The notes below the pieces were generated by a model that searched no databases, was not told the DNA's origin, and saw nothing but the letters and a program-made list of their open reading frames with translations. 64,000 nt of DNA, taken from positions 32,178,001 through 32,242,000 of the forward strand of contig OY740800.1 of the NCBI GenBank assembly GCA_963514005.1, written 5' to 3'. The position numbers and the translations under genes are program-made. Position 1 is the stretch's first letter. Each line of letters begins with the position of its first letter. This DNA is from Raja brachyura. Taxonomy: Eukaryota. Positions 1-10,412 of the stretch are shown one piece after another.

Positions 1-2
1 GG

Positions 3-1079
3 TCCGCGCGGGAATCGCTCAGCTTCGCCGAGGCGGCTGGTAGCAACACATCGTCACAGTACCGATATTACCTCGACGAGGTACGGACTGCTGATAGGAG
101 CCTCAGAAGTTCCTTCGGGCGCGAGGTCTCTTACCTCCCACACACGCCCGATGAAGGGCGCTTGGATCGTATGGAGAGGATATTGGAGCAAGTTCTACTT
201 AATCAGAAACAGGACACACATAGCTCCAGGGGACTCATGGATATATCCCCGTCACCATCTATGGACAGCATAAGACCAGATGAGGAGGAAATCCTGGTAC
301 ATGCCCCAGCAGCACCTGAGGTCCCTCAGGAAGATCTGCTGGATGTGGCAGCCAAATTCGGGTTACCCGTATCATCAGGACAACCCCTCAACATCAAACT
401 GGCCGCAACCATAGATTACCTCACGAACCATCAACTGCAGGAGGAGGTCCTTGCAAAGGCCATGGAGAGACACAAGGCTCCAGGGAACTGCAATTCACTC
501 AACGTGCCAATCTGGGGTAATATCAGCCCGGGCATCAGAGCGCAGGAAGTGAAACTGCAGAGAATTCTAAAGCTACTTACGTCTGGGATCACCGCTTTTG
601 CAAAGTCGGTAGACGGGGTTGATCTAAGCATCGAACAGGAGGATGCTCTAGCTCTGCTCTGCAATACGCAGTACGAGATCAACGCTTTCAGGAAAAGCAT
701 TATAAAACCTTCATTGAATCCCAAATTTGCGGGACTATGCAGAGCACCTCCTACCCCCCCACCTAGACAGCTGTTCGGAGAAGACCTCCCAAAGCAGGTC
801 AAAGATCTGGATGACCATGCGAAAACCATAGGTCTGATGAGATCACATTTTGTGACCAGACCTTCGGCCAAGAAGACACCTTACTTCAGGCCACGAGGTC
901 AAACCGACAGGCCGACAAGGACCTACATTCCGGCACCTCCTCAATATCAACAGCCTCCTCAACCCAGGCCTTTTTTAGGGCTAGGCCCTCAGCGGCCAGC
1001 ATGGAAGATGCGGATTCCGCACCAACCACGCAACCCAGCACCTCCACGTCCCACCAAAAATCCCAGGGACCGCCGATAA
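3..1079 (+). CDS. DIRS gag-like ORF1 (5'-partial; frame open from position 3)
   Basis: No stop in frame from 3 to TAA 1077-1079; DIRS gag-like motifs IW..I...IR..E.KLQ and LFGEDL; Pro/Arg-rich C-terminus. Confidence 0.85.
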   Translation, partial: SARESLSFAEAAGSNTSSQYRYYLDEVRTADRSLRSSFGREVSYLPHTPDEGRLDRMERILEQVLLNQKQDTHSSRGLMDISPSPSMDSIRPDEEEILVHAPAAPEVPQEDLLDVAAKFGLPVSSGQPLNIKLAATIDYLTNHQLQEEVLAKAMERHKAPGNCNSLNVPIWGNISPGIRAQEVKLQRILKLLTSGITAFAKSVDGVDLSIEQEDALALLCNTQYEINAFRKSIIKPSLNPKFAGLCRAPPTPPPRQLFGEDLPKQVKDLDDHAKTIGLMRSHFVTRPSAKKTPYFRPRGQTDRPTRTYIPAPPQYQQPPQPRPFLGLGPQRPAWKMRIPHQPRNPAPPRPTKNPRDRR

Positions 1080-1081
1080 CC

Positions 1082-3010
1082 ATGAAGGTAAGGGGGTCTG
1101 GATTCCATGCACTTGCATGTCTAACTTCACGAGTTGGGGGCAGATTACGGGGATTTAAGGAGGCTTGGGAAACCATCACTTCAGATGAGTTTATCTTGCA
1201 AAGTATTCAGGGCTATGAGATTGAGTTTGTTCATGGCCAATTGCCTCCACCCCAGCATATGCCGAATCGCAAATTTGCACTTTCCAAAAAAGAATTGGCA
1301 GAAGGCTATGCTGAAATCTTGAGTTTACAAGAGAAAGGTGTGATAGAAAGAACCACACATGAACCAATTGAATTTGTATCCAATATATTTACTAAAACTA
1401 AAAAAGACGGTGGATGCCGGGTCATTATAGATTTAACTCACTTGAATACCTTTGTAAAATACACCCATTTCAAAATGGACACATTTGAAACAGCCAAATC
1501 TTTGATTTCGAAGGGCTGCTTCATGGCATGCATTGATTTAAAAGATGCATACTATTCAGTATCCATTCGGGAACATCATAGGAAGTTCTTGAAGTTTACC
1601 TGGATGGATCAGCTTTGGCAATACAAAGCATTGCCCAATGGGCTTACTACAGCCCCCAGATTGTTCACCAAACTACTCAAGCCAGTGTTATCTACACTGC
1701 GGAGACAAAATCATATGGTCATGGCCTATTTGGATGACATTCTGATAATTGGGCACACTCTGGAATCAGCAGAATTGGCGGTTTCAGCCACAGTGGAAAT
1801 TTTTCAAAAAATGGGGTTTATAATCCATCCAGACAAATCAAAGTTCCTCCCCGCACAGATCATGGACTACTTGGGGTTCACGATAGACTCCAATCGCATG
1901 ATCACCACCATCCCAACTAACAAAGTTGGTGATGTGTTTCAAGCATGCAAGAACCTGGTCTGCGCCAGTATACCGTCTATCAGATTAACTGCCAGGGTAA
2001 TTGGCAAAATTGTAGCAGTATTTCCAGCTGCTCAATATGGACCTTTACACTATCAGAATTTACAAAGGTCAAAAATAGCAGCATTAAAATTTAATGCTGG
2101 ACATTATGATAGACCTATGCAGTTGCCGGTTAAGGCAAAAATTGAGTTACTATGGTGGATTGGCAATATCCATAACTCATTCAAACCCATCATTGTGCCT
2201 CGTCCAATGGTATACTTGCAAACAGATGCAAGCTCCCATGGCTGGGGAGCTACGGACAACAACACCAGTTGTGGAGGTAGATGGGACTCACTTGAAGCTA
2301 CTTTGTTGTCAGCACAAGGGATAAACTATTTGGAGATGCTAGGAGCATTCCACGGACTAAGAGCCTATTGTTCAAACATGACTAACACTCATGTCCGTCT
2401 CCAAATAGACAATACCACTGCGGTGGCTTATCTGAATCATATGGGCGGTACCAGGTCAATTTCATGTGATGAATTGGCAAATATAATTTGGCTCTGGTGT
2501 ATTCAACGGAATATTTGGATCTCAGCTACCTACTTGCCAGGTGAGCTCAATACAGTGGCGGACACCAGGTCACGGAAATTCAATGACAACATCGAGTGGA
2601 TGTTGAACCCCCAAATATTCACCAAAATTACAGCCAAATTTGGTAAACCGGATATTGAGCTTTTTGCGTCACGGTTGAACCATCAGGTACCAACATACGT
2701 ATCATGGGAGCCAGATCCTGGGGCAATGGCGATGGACGCATTCTCGCTAGACTGGGGGAAATGGTTCTTCTATGCCTTTCCTCCATTCTGCCTCATCAGT
2801 CGGGTATTGCGGAAAATCCAGCTCGATGCTGCCAAGGGCATCCTCATTATACCCGACTGGCCTACGCAATCATGGTATCCGGTGGTCCTTGGAATGATAA
2901 GTCAACCATGGGTCCTCTTAGAGGGTTGCCCACAATTGGTGACGAACCCTGCCACAGGGGAACCACACCCCTGCTATAGTCACTTGAATCTATTGGCTTG
3001 CAGGATCTGA
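1082..3010 (+). CDS. DIRS Pol: reverse transcriptase, RNase H and C-terminal DNA N6-adenine methyltransferase-like domain
   Basis: RT motifs IDLKDAYY, LPNGL..AP, YLDD, YLGF; RNase H TDAS..GWG, INYLE, IDNTTAV, NTVAD; MT-like ELFAS...DAFS.DW...YAFPPF...PDWPTQSW. The ORF track starts at ATG 1001; ATG 1082 (ACCATG) follows the gag stop by 2 nt. Confidence 0.93.
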   Translation: MKVRGSGFHALACLTSRVGGRLRGFKEAWETITSDEFILQSIQGYEIEFVHGQLPPPQHMPNRKFALSKKELAEGYAEILSLQEKGVIERTTHEPIEFVSNIFTKTKKDGGCRVIIDLTHLNTFVKYTHFKMDTFETAKSLISKGCFMACIDLKDAYYSVSIREHHRKFLKFTWMDQLWQYKALPNGLTTAPRLFTKLLKPVLSTLRRQNHMVMAYLDDILIIGHTLESAELAVSATVEIFQKMGFIIHPDKSKFLPAQIMDYLGFTIDSNRMITTIPTNKVGDVFQACKNLVCASIPSIRLTARVIGKIVAVFPAAQYGPLHYQNLQRSKIAALKFNAGHYDRPMQLPVKAKIELLWWIGNIHNSFKPIIVPRPMVYLQTDASSHGWGATDNNTSCGGRWDSLEATLLSAQGINYLEMLGAFHGLRAYCSNMTNTHVRLQIDNTTAVAYLNHMGGTRSISCDELANIIWLWCIQRNIWISATYLPGELNTVADTRSRKFNDNIEWMLNPQIFTKITAKFGKPDIELFASRLNHQVPTYVSWEPDPGAMAMDAFSLDWGKWFFYAFPPFCLISRVLRKIQLDAAKGILIIPDWPTQSWYPVVLGMISQPWVLLEGCPQLVTNPATGEPHPCYSHLNLLACRI

Positions 3011-3987
3011 ACAGGCCACTACTTCAGTATGGTCTATCTTCAAGGACAATGGATACCATGGGAGCATCATGCAGGGAGTCCTCAAGACGGCAGTACTTAT
3101 CGCACATCAGGAAATGGGAATCCTATTGCGGCCGCATGGACGTTGCATATGACTCCGTCTCCATCACAGATGTGCTGGAATTTCTTGCGGGGCTACACCA
3201 TGATCAACATCTCAGCTATAGTGCCATCAATAGCGCCAGGAGTGCGCTATCGTCCTACCTCAATATTGAGGTAGGATCCAATAAATTGGTCTCCAAACTT
3301 ATGCGGGGGATATTTAATTCCAACCCGCCGAGGCCCCGTTACAACGTCACATGGGATATTGGTAAAGTACTGACCCTACTAAGAACGTGGTCACCCATGA
3401 CGGGGATCGAACTGGACAAACTCACCCTGAAGGTGGTGATGTTGATGGCACTTACTTCAGCACAAAGGGTGCAAACGCTTCACAAGGCCAAGATCGACAG
3501 AATGATCTCTACCCCTGAACGGGTCACTTTTTTCATTGATGAATTGCTCAAGCAGCATAGACCTGGGTTTACAGGGCTGCAGCTGGAGTTTCCAGCATAC
3601 CCCGCTGATGCTAGGCTATGCATAGCCACCCATATCCGCCACTATATCAAAGTGACGAGGAAAATAAGGGGAATGGAGCAATACCTGTTCATCAGTCACA
3701 AAAAACCTCACCATAGAGTGACGGTACAGACGATATCCCGATGGCTCAGGATCGTCTTAAACAAGGCAGGTATTGACACTGATGTTTTTGGGTCCCATTC
3801 CACCAGGGCAGCATCAACGTCGGCGGCAAGGGCCATGGAGGTGCCCATGGACCAGATACTTGCCACAGCGGGATGGGCCAGTGAAGCCACTTTTCAACGG
3901 TTTTACAACAAACCCGTCACCGTACATGGAATGTTCGCAGGAGCCGTGCTGGATGCAGGCCGAGAACATACAGTTACCCCTCAGTGA
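2998..3987 (+). CDS. DIRS tyrosine recombinase (YR)
   Basis: N-terminal core-binding region (Y...W..YC; SYSAINSARSALS); catalytic R (SAQR), HSTR, GW and Y (FYNK); overlaps end of Pol; true start uncertain (see splice finding). Confidence 0.93.
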   Translation: MQDLNRPLLQYGLSSRTMDTMGASCRESSRRQYLSHIRKWESYCGRMDVAYDSVSITDVLEFLAGLHHDQHLSYSAINSARSALSSYLNIEVGSNKLVSKLMRGIFNSNPPRPRYNVTWDIGKVLTLLRTWSPMTGIELDKLTLKVVMLMALTSAQRVQTLHKAKIDRMISTPERVTFFIDELLKQHRPGFTGLQLEFPAYPADARLCIATHIRHYIKVTRKIRGMEQYLFISHKKPHHRVTVQTISRWLRIVLNKAGIDTDVFGSHSTRAASTSAARAMEVPMDQILATAGWASEATFQRFYNKPVTVHGMFAGAVLDAGREHTVTPQ

Positions 3988-4132
3988 GGGGTCCTTTCTT
4001 GTTGTTATTAATAAATATTATTATTTTTTCAGAGAAACAGTGACGGAAATTGATTACTGCTGTCCACCTTTTCAGTAGCGTGTGTGATAGCATGGACGTT
4101 GTCCAGGGCGTGAAATCACAGAAGCTTTGAAG

Positions 4133-4475
4133 TCTTCACGAAGTCACTCACGTGACTCCGAAATGAAATAGTAAGATTAAACGAGAACTTACCAGTTTGA
4201 AGTTTGATCTTTATTTTATGAGGAGTTGCGATGAGGGATTTCGTGCCCTCCGCTCCCAACCCTCGATCATAAAGTCAACTGGTAACTAGAGTCTCTTCAA
4301 TCTTACTATAACAAGTCATTTCTTGGCTTGGTTTTTTTCTGTGATTCCACACCGCGGCTTTGAAGTATGTCGCGCATGCGTGCTGGCGGGTTCTTCACGA
4401 AATCCCTCATCGCAACTCCTCATAAAATAAAGATCAAACTTCAAACTGGTAAGTTCTCGTTTAATCTTACTATTT
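4133..4475. repeat. DIRS internal complementary region (ICR) and right terminal repeat
   Basis: 4166-4245 is the exact reverse complement of 4396-4475 (80/80). Confidence 0.92.
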
Positions 4476-4559
4476 TCCCAGTACTTTTGTTATTTCTTCA
4501 CGTGTGCCCGAGATTCCAGAATAGCCTGAACCCATGTTTTTATCCGTCAAAGAACGTGA

Positions 4560-5062
4560 GGCACGGTGGCACAGCGGTAGAGTTGTTGCCTCACAGCGCC
4601 AGTGACCCGGGTTCGATCCTGACGACAGTTGCTGTCTGTGTGGAGTTTGTGCGTTCTCCCAAGTGACTGCATGGGTTTTCTCCAGATGCTCCGGGTTCCT
4701 CCCACACTCCAAAGACATAGGGTCAAAAGGTCATAAGTGATAGGAGCAGAATTAGGCCATTCAGCCCATCAAATCGACTCCGCCATTCAATCATGGCTGA
4801 CCTATCTCTCCGTCCTGAACACATTCTCCTGCCTTCTCCACATAACCCCTGACACCTGTACTAGTCAAGAATCTATCTATCACTGCCTCAAAAAAATTCA
4901 TTGACTTGGCCTCCAAATAACATGCAGGTTTGTAAGTAAATTGGCTTCTGTAAATTGCCCCGAGTGTGTAAGATAGAACTGGCGTACGAGTGGTCATTAG
5001 CCAGCAGGGACCCTGTTGGCCGAAGGGCCTGTTTCTATGCTGAATCTCTAAACTAAGCCAAA
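4560..5062 (+). mobile_element. HE1-like tRNA-derived V-SINE interrupted by a minus-strand CR1 3' fragment (~4719-4915)
   Basis: tRNA-like head (GGTGGCACAGCGG / GGTTCGATCC), V-domain GGGTTTTCTCC..CTCCCACACTCCAAAGAC, CR1-like tail with (CTAAA)n. Confidence 0.85.
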
Positions 5063-5671
5063 CTAACAAGTCAGATCCATGCTATGACCACTCTGTTACT
5101 GATCTCATCTGACCTGTATAGCAATATATTTATATAGTCCTCCAAAGTTAGATGTTCTATTCTTCGCCCCCAAGGTCGACACTGAGTTAACCACATGTCT
5201 GTGATTTATTTTACTGCAAAACATTTGTTTTCCCTGAGGTTAAGAGGTAAGGAGAAATAAATAAGAAGAGATAAATGAAATTCTAAGGGATTGAGGCAGG
5301 GAAAGCTATTTCCCATGAAACACAAATCAAAATCAATGGGACGTAATCTTCAAAGTTACAGCCAGACCACTTTGGAACCAAACTAGGAAACACTTCCTCA
5401 GTAAATAGATCATGGTAATCGGATCCCTTCCTTCCTCAGTAGCCCATGGATGCTGCAGCTATCAATTGAGCCAAGATAGATTTTTGACAGAAGAAGAAAT
5501 ATATTCTCCATTAAAAGTCTGTCTCAGTTAGGATATGGATATGCAGCATGGATGGGTGGTTGAGGTTCACCAAGATAATGTATCAGTATCAAAAGGTTTG
5601 CGAATGATCCACTCTTATTCCAGTGTTTCCTGCAAAACACAGCAGCCAAGATGGACACATTATGAGAGAAG

Positions 5672-5835
5672 GATCAGGTGACGTTTCGGGTCGAGACCCT
5701 TCATCGGACTGAAGGGTCTTCACCTGAAATGTCACCTATTCCTTTTCTCCAGAGACGCTGCCTGACCCGTTGAGTTACTCCAACAGTTTGTGTTGATCTT
5801 CGGTGTAAACCAGCATCTGCAGTTCCTTCTTACAC
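5672..5835. mobile_element. Penelope-derived fold-back repeat
   Basis: GTGACGTTTCGGGTCGAGACCCTTC followed by an inverted arm; matches the repeat adjoining the GIY-YIG remnants. Confidence 0.75.
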
Positions 5836-5884
5836 ATAGGTCTTGGGGTTCTGTTAAGGACCAACTTCTATCTCTCACATTGAT

Positions 5885-6234
5885 TTACTGGTTAAAAGTA
5901 GTGTTTGGAGCACTTTGACACACTGCTGGGAAGATGAGAGAGAAATGTCCCATTCTGCACTGAATAGTCACAAATGAGTTAACGAATGGGCCGTTATCAA
6001 TAGTCTCGGTGTTCCATGGACAGGAACGGCCAGGGTTCCTGCTGCTGATTTCAAGTGATAGGATTCGGCTGGAAACCACATGTTCACGGAGTGTATATTG
6101 AGGGAGAGTTATCCACATCTTGTCCGGGCCCTCACAGCTCCAGACAGCCTTGGACACATCAGTACCGTTGGAACTGTAATCCAGAGAGTCAACACCTTTA
6201 AGGAAGAAGGGAATTCCTACAATGTAATAAGATC
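5885..6234 (-). CDS. Candidate terminal coding exon of an unidentified host gene (GSYYIVGIPFFLKG...NTTFNQ*)
   Basis: Non-repetitive; pyrimidine tract plus ATACAG|G acceptor at 6235; ~116 open codons to TAA; no family recognised. Confidence 0.45.
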
Positions 6235-6710
6235 CTGTATTTTGCAGAGGAAAATAGAGAGGATTGATGTGGCATTTATCTGATTTTAGTAACATTATAA
6301 CCCTTAAGCTCAGATTGCAATTGCCTTCGAAAAGTTCATAACAACAATTTTATGAGCTTTATAACAATGTTTTATACATCTCATCTGCAGACTGCTTAGA
6401 TGGAGAATTTTTGCTGCTAGTTTGTCTCAATGTTCCGTCACCAGTCTTTCTTTCTTAACATTGCTGTGTCTGGGTCCTAAAATACTTCTATTCTTTGTTC
6501 CTTACACACCCTGACGCTCTTCTGCACATGCACAAGCTTTATTTTCCTCTAGAAATAAAAATCAATAAATCTGCAGATGGTGGAAATCTGAAGTGAAAGA
6601 AGGGCAGGAAACTCTCATCAAGCCATGCAGCAACTGTGGGTGGAGAAACAGTCAATGTTTCAGGCCAGAGACCCTTCGAGGGAGGGATGATCATGTAATG
6701 GAAATCCTTA

Positions 6711-6884
6711 AGGGCCTGTCCCACCTGTACATCCCGAAATCCTGGGTCACCATGCACCATGCGCGCGTAATGCGTACCACGTGCGCATCACGATGCGCGC
6801 GTCATGCGTTGTGATGCGTAAATGATGTCGCGTAAATGATGTCGCGTAAATGACGTGCAAATGACGCCCAAGTGGGACAGGCCT
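6711..6884. mobile_element. PIF/Harbinger-type MITE
   Basis: TIR AGGGCCTGTCCCAC / GTGGGACAGGCCT; TTA target duplication on both sides; internal 15-bp tandem repeats. Confidence 0.85.
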
Positions 6885-7140
6885 TTACCAGTGTGTGGCC
6901 AGAATTGCCATGGGGCATAGAAGCTATAGATTAAGTCATCTGGTTGCTGTATCAACAGGGGAATGTTGGTGAAAGAAACGAGATAGAAACAGAGGAAGGG
7001 TAAAGCTGCAATATGCTGAGCTTTAGGAAGAACAGTTGCTGGCGAAGAGAGGAAAATATTCAATCTACGTTCTAGATGCATGACCTTTAGAAGATATAGC
7101 CAGTTCTGATACGATCCTATCTTAGCCCAGCTGCCTTCAA

Positions 7141-7285
7141 TGTTTAGGAAGGAACTGCATATGCTGGTTTAAACCGAAGATCGACACAAAATGCTGGAGT
7201 AACACAGCGGGACAGGCAGCATCTCTCGATAATCAAGAGATGCTGCCTGTCCCACTGAGTTACTCCACCATTTTGTGTCTATCTT
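7141..7285. mobile_element. Penelope-derived fold-back repeat (hairpin)
   Basis: GACACAAAATGCTGGAGTAAC..GGGACAGGCAGCATCTCT followed by its reverse complement after an ~8-nt loop. Confidence 0.8.
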
Positions 7286-7577
7286 TGCCTTATGGGCCTG
7301 TCGACTAGTTTGTTGCCACATGTTCGTCGGTGGTCGATATGCTGAAAACATTTTTGCGACAGTGGGTTTGACGCCAATGAGCGTAGCTTGACGTAAGCGC
7401 TGTTGTAGGTTGTTCGGCAACCTGCTATGACTATGACTGTCTCCGGCAGTTGTTTGCTTTCCTGCTGTTCAACAGTTGTCCATTTTATGGTGGACCAATG
7501 TGGTTTTGTCTTTTGTTACGTCTTTTGTTTTGTCTGTTGTTACGTGGCTGGTCCAGAAATGGAGGCTGCGAATACCG

Positions 7578-8150
7578 AATCACCAAGACCAAGCGTAGAC
7601 TGGGCGATAATTTCGCCGACACTAACGCTCAGGCTGTCTTGCCTATGTGTTCTCCTGGTTTCCAAACATTTTAACTCCCCTTCCCATTCCTATACTGACC
7701 TTTCTGTCTTTCCCATCCTGCATTGTCAGAGGCCACACCCAAATTGGAGGAACAGCACCTCATATTTCACTTGAGCAGCTTACAACTGAGTGTTATGAGC
7801 AGCTTACAAATGAATGTTAATTTCTCTAATTAACCCCTGTAACCCCTGTATTCCCTCTCTTCACCTTCCCCATCCTTCCACTGTTCCTTTCCTTGTATCC
7901 CTTTGTTGTCACCTCTTCCCCAGCCAACAATGGGCCATTATGGGCTCCACCCTTCCTTGGTCATCTGTTGCCGGCCCTATTTTGTTCAGGCCTTTTCTTA
8001 CCTCCAGTTCCCTACCCTCTACTTTCAGTCTGAAGAAGGGGCCAACCCAAAACATCGCCCAGCCATTTTCTCCTGAGATGCTGCCTGGCCCATTGAGTTG
8101 CACCAGCACTTTGTGTTAATGAACCAGCATCTGAAGTGCCTTCATACACA
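7578..8150 (+). mobile_element. Penelope-like element 3' remnant (GIY-YIG endonuclease C-terminus plus terminal repeat)
   Basis: Degenerate TKRRLGD.FA, V.KHFNSPSHS.TDLSV and KLEEQHLIF; followed by repeat with CTGAAGAAGGG core. Confidence 0.8.
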
Positions 8151-8179
8151 CTGGGAGTACAATAGTAGATTTTAGTTCA

Positions 8180-8470
8180 GTTTAGTTTAGTTTAGAGATT
8201 CAGGCCCTTCAGCCCGTCGGGCCGGCACTGACCAGCAATCCCCAAACACTACCACTGTCCTTCACACACTAGTGCCATGTTTACATTGATACCAAGCCAA
8301 CTAACCTACAAACCTGTACGTCTTTGGAGTGTGGGAGGAAACTGAAGGTCTTGGAGAAAGCTCACGGGAGAACGTAGAAACTCCGTACAGACAGCACCTG
8401 TTGTAGGATTGAACCTGGGTCTCTGGCGCTGTGAGGAAGTACTGTCGCTCCACTGCTGTGACACTGTGCC
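8180..8470 (-). mobile_element. HE1-like SINE
   Basis: (TTTAG)n tail, V-domain and tRNA head in reverse. Confidence 0.8.
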
Positions 8471-8964
8471 TCCCGTTATGGATCCAGATTGTGGAAATAC
8501 TTTACTCTTTATTAGGTAGTTCTGGCAAAACATCTCTACACATGCTTGTGTGTGTGGTGTATGCATGCATGGACCTGTGTGTTGGCATGTGTAAGTACGC
8601 ATACGAACATGTGTTTGTGTGCATGTCGGTTTGTGCGTGTGGATCTGTTTGTTGATGCATTTGTGCTGGCAGGAGAGCATCTCACCACACCGATATCAAA
8701 ATAGCCAGCTGTGCGCCTCTAAGAACCACTGCATCAAATGAAGCTGTGATAAAAATGTTTGAAAGAGTAAATCCTGCTGAGCTTCCTGTCAAGAGATGCA
8801 ATTGATTATTTTTTTAATTAGGAAGTTCATCACAGTGGGAGAGATGCCTGCCTGAGTTGTTGTGGCTGAACTCGGCTACATCAAAGCAGATCACATGCAC
8901 GTAGTTTCAGACAAGGTCTGTCCTGCCTTCTAATGTCATTCCCCACTCCCAGGCTCTACCATTT

Positions 8965-9265
8965 GGGCGGCACGGAGGCACAGCGGTAAAGTTACAGCGC
9001 CATAGACCCGGGTTTGATCCTGACTACGGGTGCTGTCCAAATGGAGTTTGTATGTTCACCCTGTGACTCCGTGGGTTTTTCCCCGGGTGCTCTAGTTTCC
9101 TCCCACACCCCAAAGACGTACAAGTTTGTAGGTTAATTTGGCTTCTGTGAGCTGTAAATTGTCCCGAGTGTGTAGGATAGTGTTAGTGTACGGGGATCGC
9201 TGGTCGGTGCTGACTCGATGGGCCAAAGGGTCTGTTTCCTCATTATATCTCTAAACTAAACTAAA
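8965..9265 (+). mobile_element. HE1-like SINE, full length
   Basis: GGGCGGCACGG head through (CTAAA)n tail. Confidence 0.85.
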
Positions 9266-9967
9266 CGTTGGGCCAATAGTCCTGAAGCAACATGGTACTA
9301 CATAAAGGTGCTGATTAGTTCTGTTGAATTCACATATTTAAAGATGGTTGTTTTTATTGATTCATGTATTGACAACTTGAGCTATCGAGCATAATCTTAA
9401 TTGCTATAAGAATATAAGAGCACAAGCAAAAGATGCCAGAACAGGCCATTTGGCTAATGTAGCTATATTGCTATTCAATAAGAAGTCCTTAATCTTGTCT
9501 GTGTCCTAAAATATTTCTATCCTGTCTTGCTTATGTTCTTCTGTAACAGGCACATATTTTACTTTCCTTAAGAAATAAAAAATCAAGATTGTAGAAATGT
9601 GAAATAAAAGAAATGATGCAAACACACATCAAGTCAGGCAGCATCTGGGGGAGAGAAACAGTCAACATTTCAGGTCAGAGACCTTCAGGAGAGGGATGGA
9701 TCAGACAATGAAAATCCGTAACAGGATGTGGCCAGAATTACCCTGGGGATAAGCTGCAGATGAAGATGAGGATAATCTTCAAAAATCCATTTTCTCTCTC
9801 GAATACTCAGTAATTTAGCCACTGGGAACTCCGTGAAAAGAGGATTCCAGAGATAATGGGTGATGGTTTTTCAGTCTTTGCACCGTTTTAAACTTTATTG
9901 ATGTGATCCGATGATCCTTTGAGCAAAATAGAACAATATTTTAGAACTACGCGACTGATATAAAATT

Positions 9968-10412
9968 GAATGAATGAATGAATAAGTTTATTGGCCAATC
10001 ATTCACATACAGGAATTTGCCTTCGTGCTCCGCCCGCAAGTGAGAACGAAATACAGTGACAGTTAGGAATGACCCATACAACATTAAACATTAATAATAA
10101 AACAATATTGATTAAACATGTGAATTAAATAAAATACCAGAGCAAAAGGAGGCTACAGATTTTTGGTTATTGAGTAGAGCTACTACTCGTGGGGGAAAAA
10201 AGCTGTTTTTATGTCTGGCTGTGGCAGCTTTGACAGCCCGGAGTCGCCTTCCAGAGGGAAGTGATTCAAAGAGTGTGTGGCCAGGGTGAGAGGGGTCAGA
10301 GATGATCTTACCCGCTCACTTCCTGGCCCTTGCAGTGTACAGTTCATCAATGGAGGGAACAACCAACAACCATCTCAGCTGATCGGACGATTTGCTGCAG
10401 CCTCCGGATGTC
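9968..10412 (-). mobile_element. Rex1/Babar-like LINE 3' fragment
   Basis: Reverse translation gives LPSGRRLRAVKAATARHKNSF; AATAAA and (ATTC)n tail. Confidence 0.75.

Larger units (their letters stand above)
1..4475 (+). mobile_element. DIRS1-type tyrosine recombinase retrotransposon (5' end outside window), ORFs intact
   Basis: Gag-like, RT/RNaseH/MT and YR ORFs in DIRS order; ICR and terminal inverted repeat at 4133-4475; element ends ...CTTACTATTT. Confidence 0.95.

Noticed and set aside
2998-3987. Phage integrase plus methyltransferase read as a prophage or bacterial horizontal transfer
   Set aside because: Gene order, RT type (YLDD with DIRS RNase H) and the ICR/terminal repeat identify a eukaryotic DIRS retrotransposon flanked by vertebrate SINEs.
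4560-4630. tRNA gene
   Set aside because: The A/B boxes are the head of an HE1-type SINE; all such copies continue into the V-domain and tail.
6813-6870. CRISPR-like short repeats
   Set aside because: Direct 15-bp tandem units without spacers inside a MITE; no cas genes; eukaryotic context.
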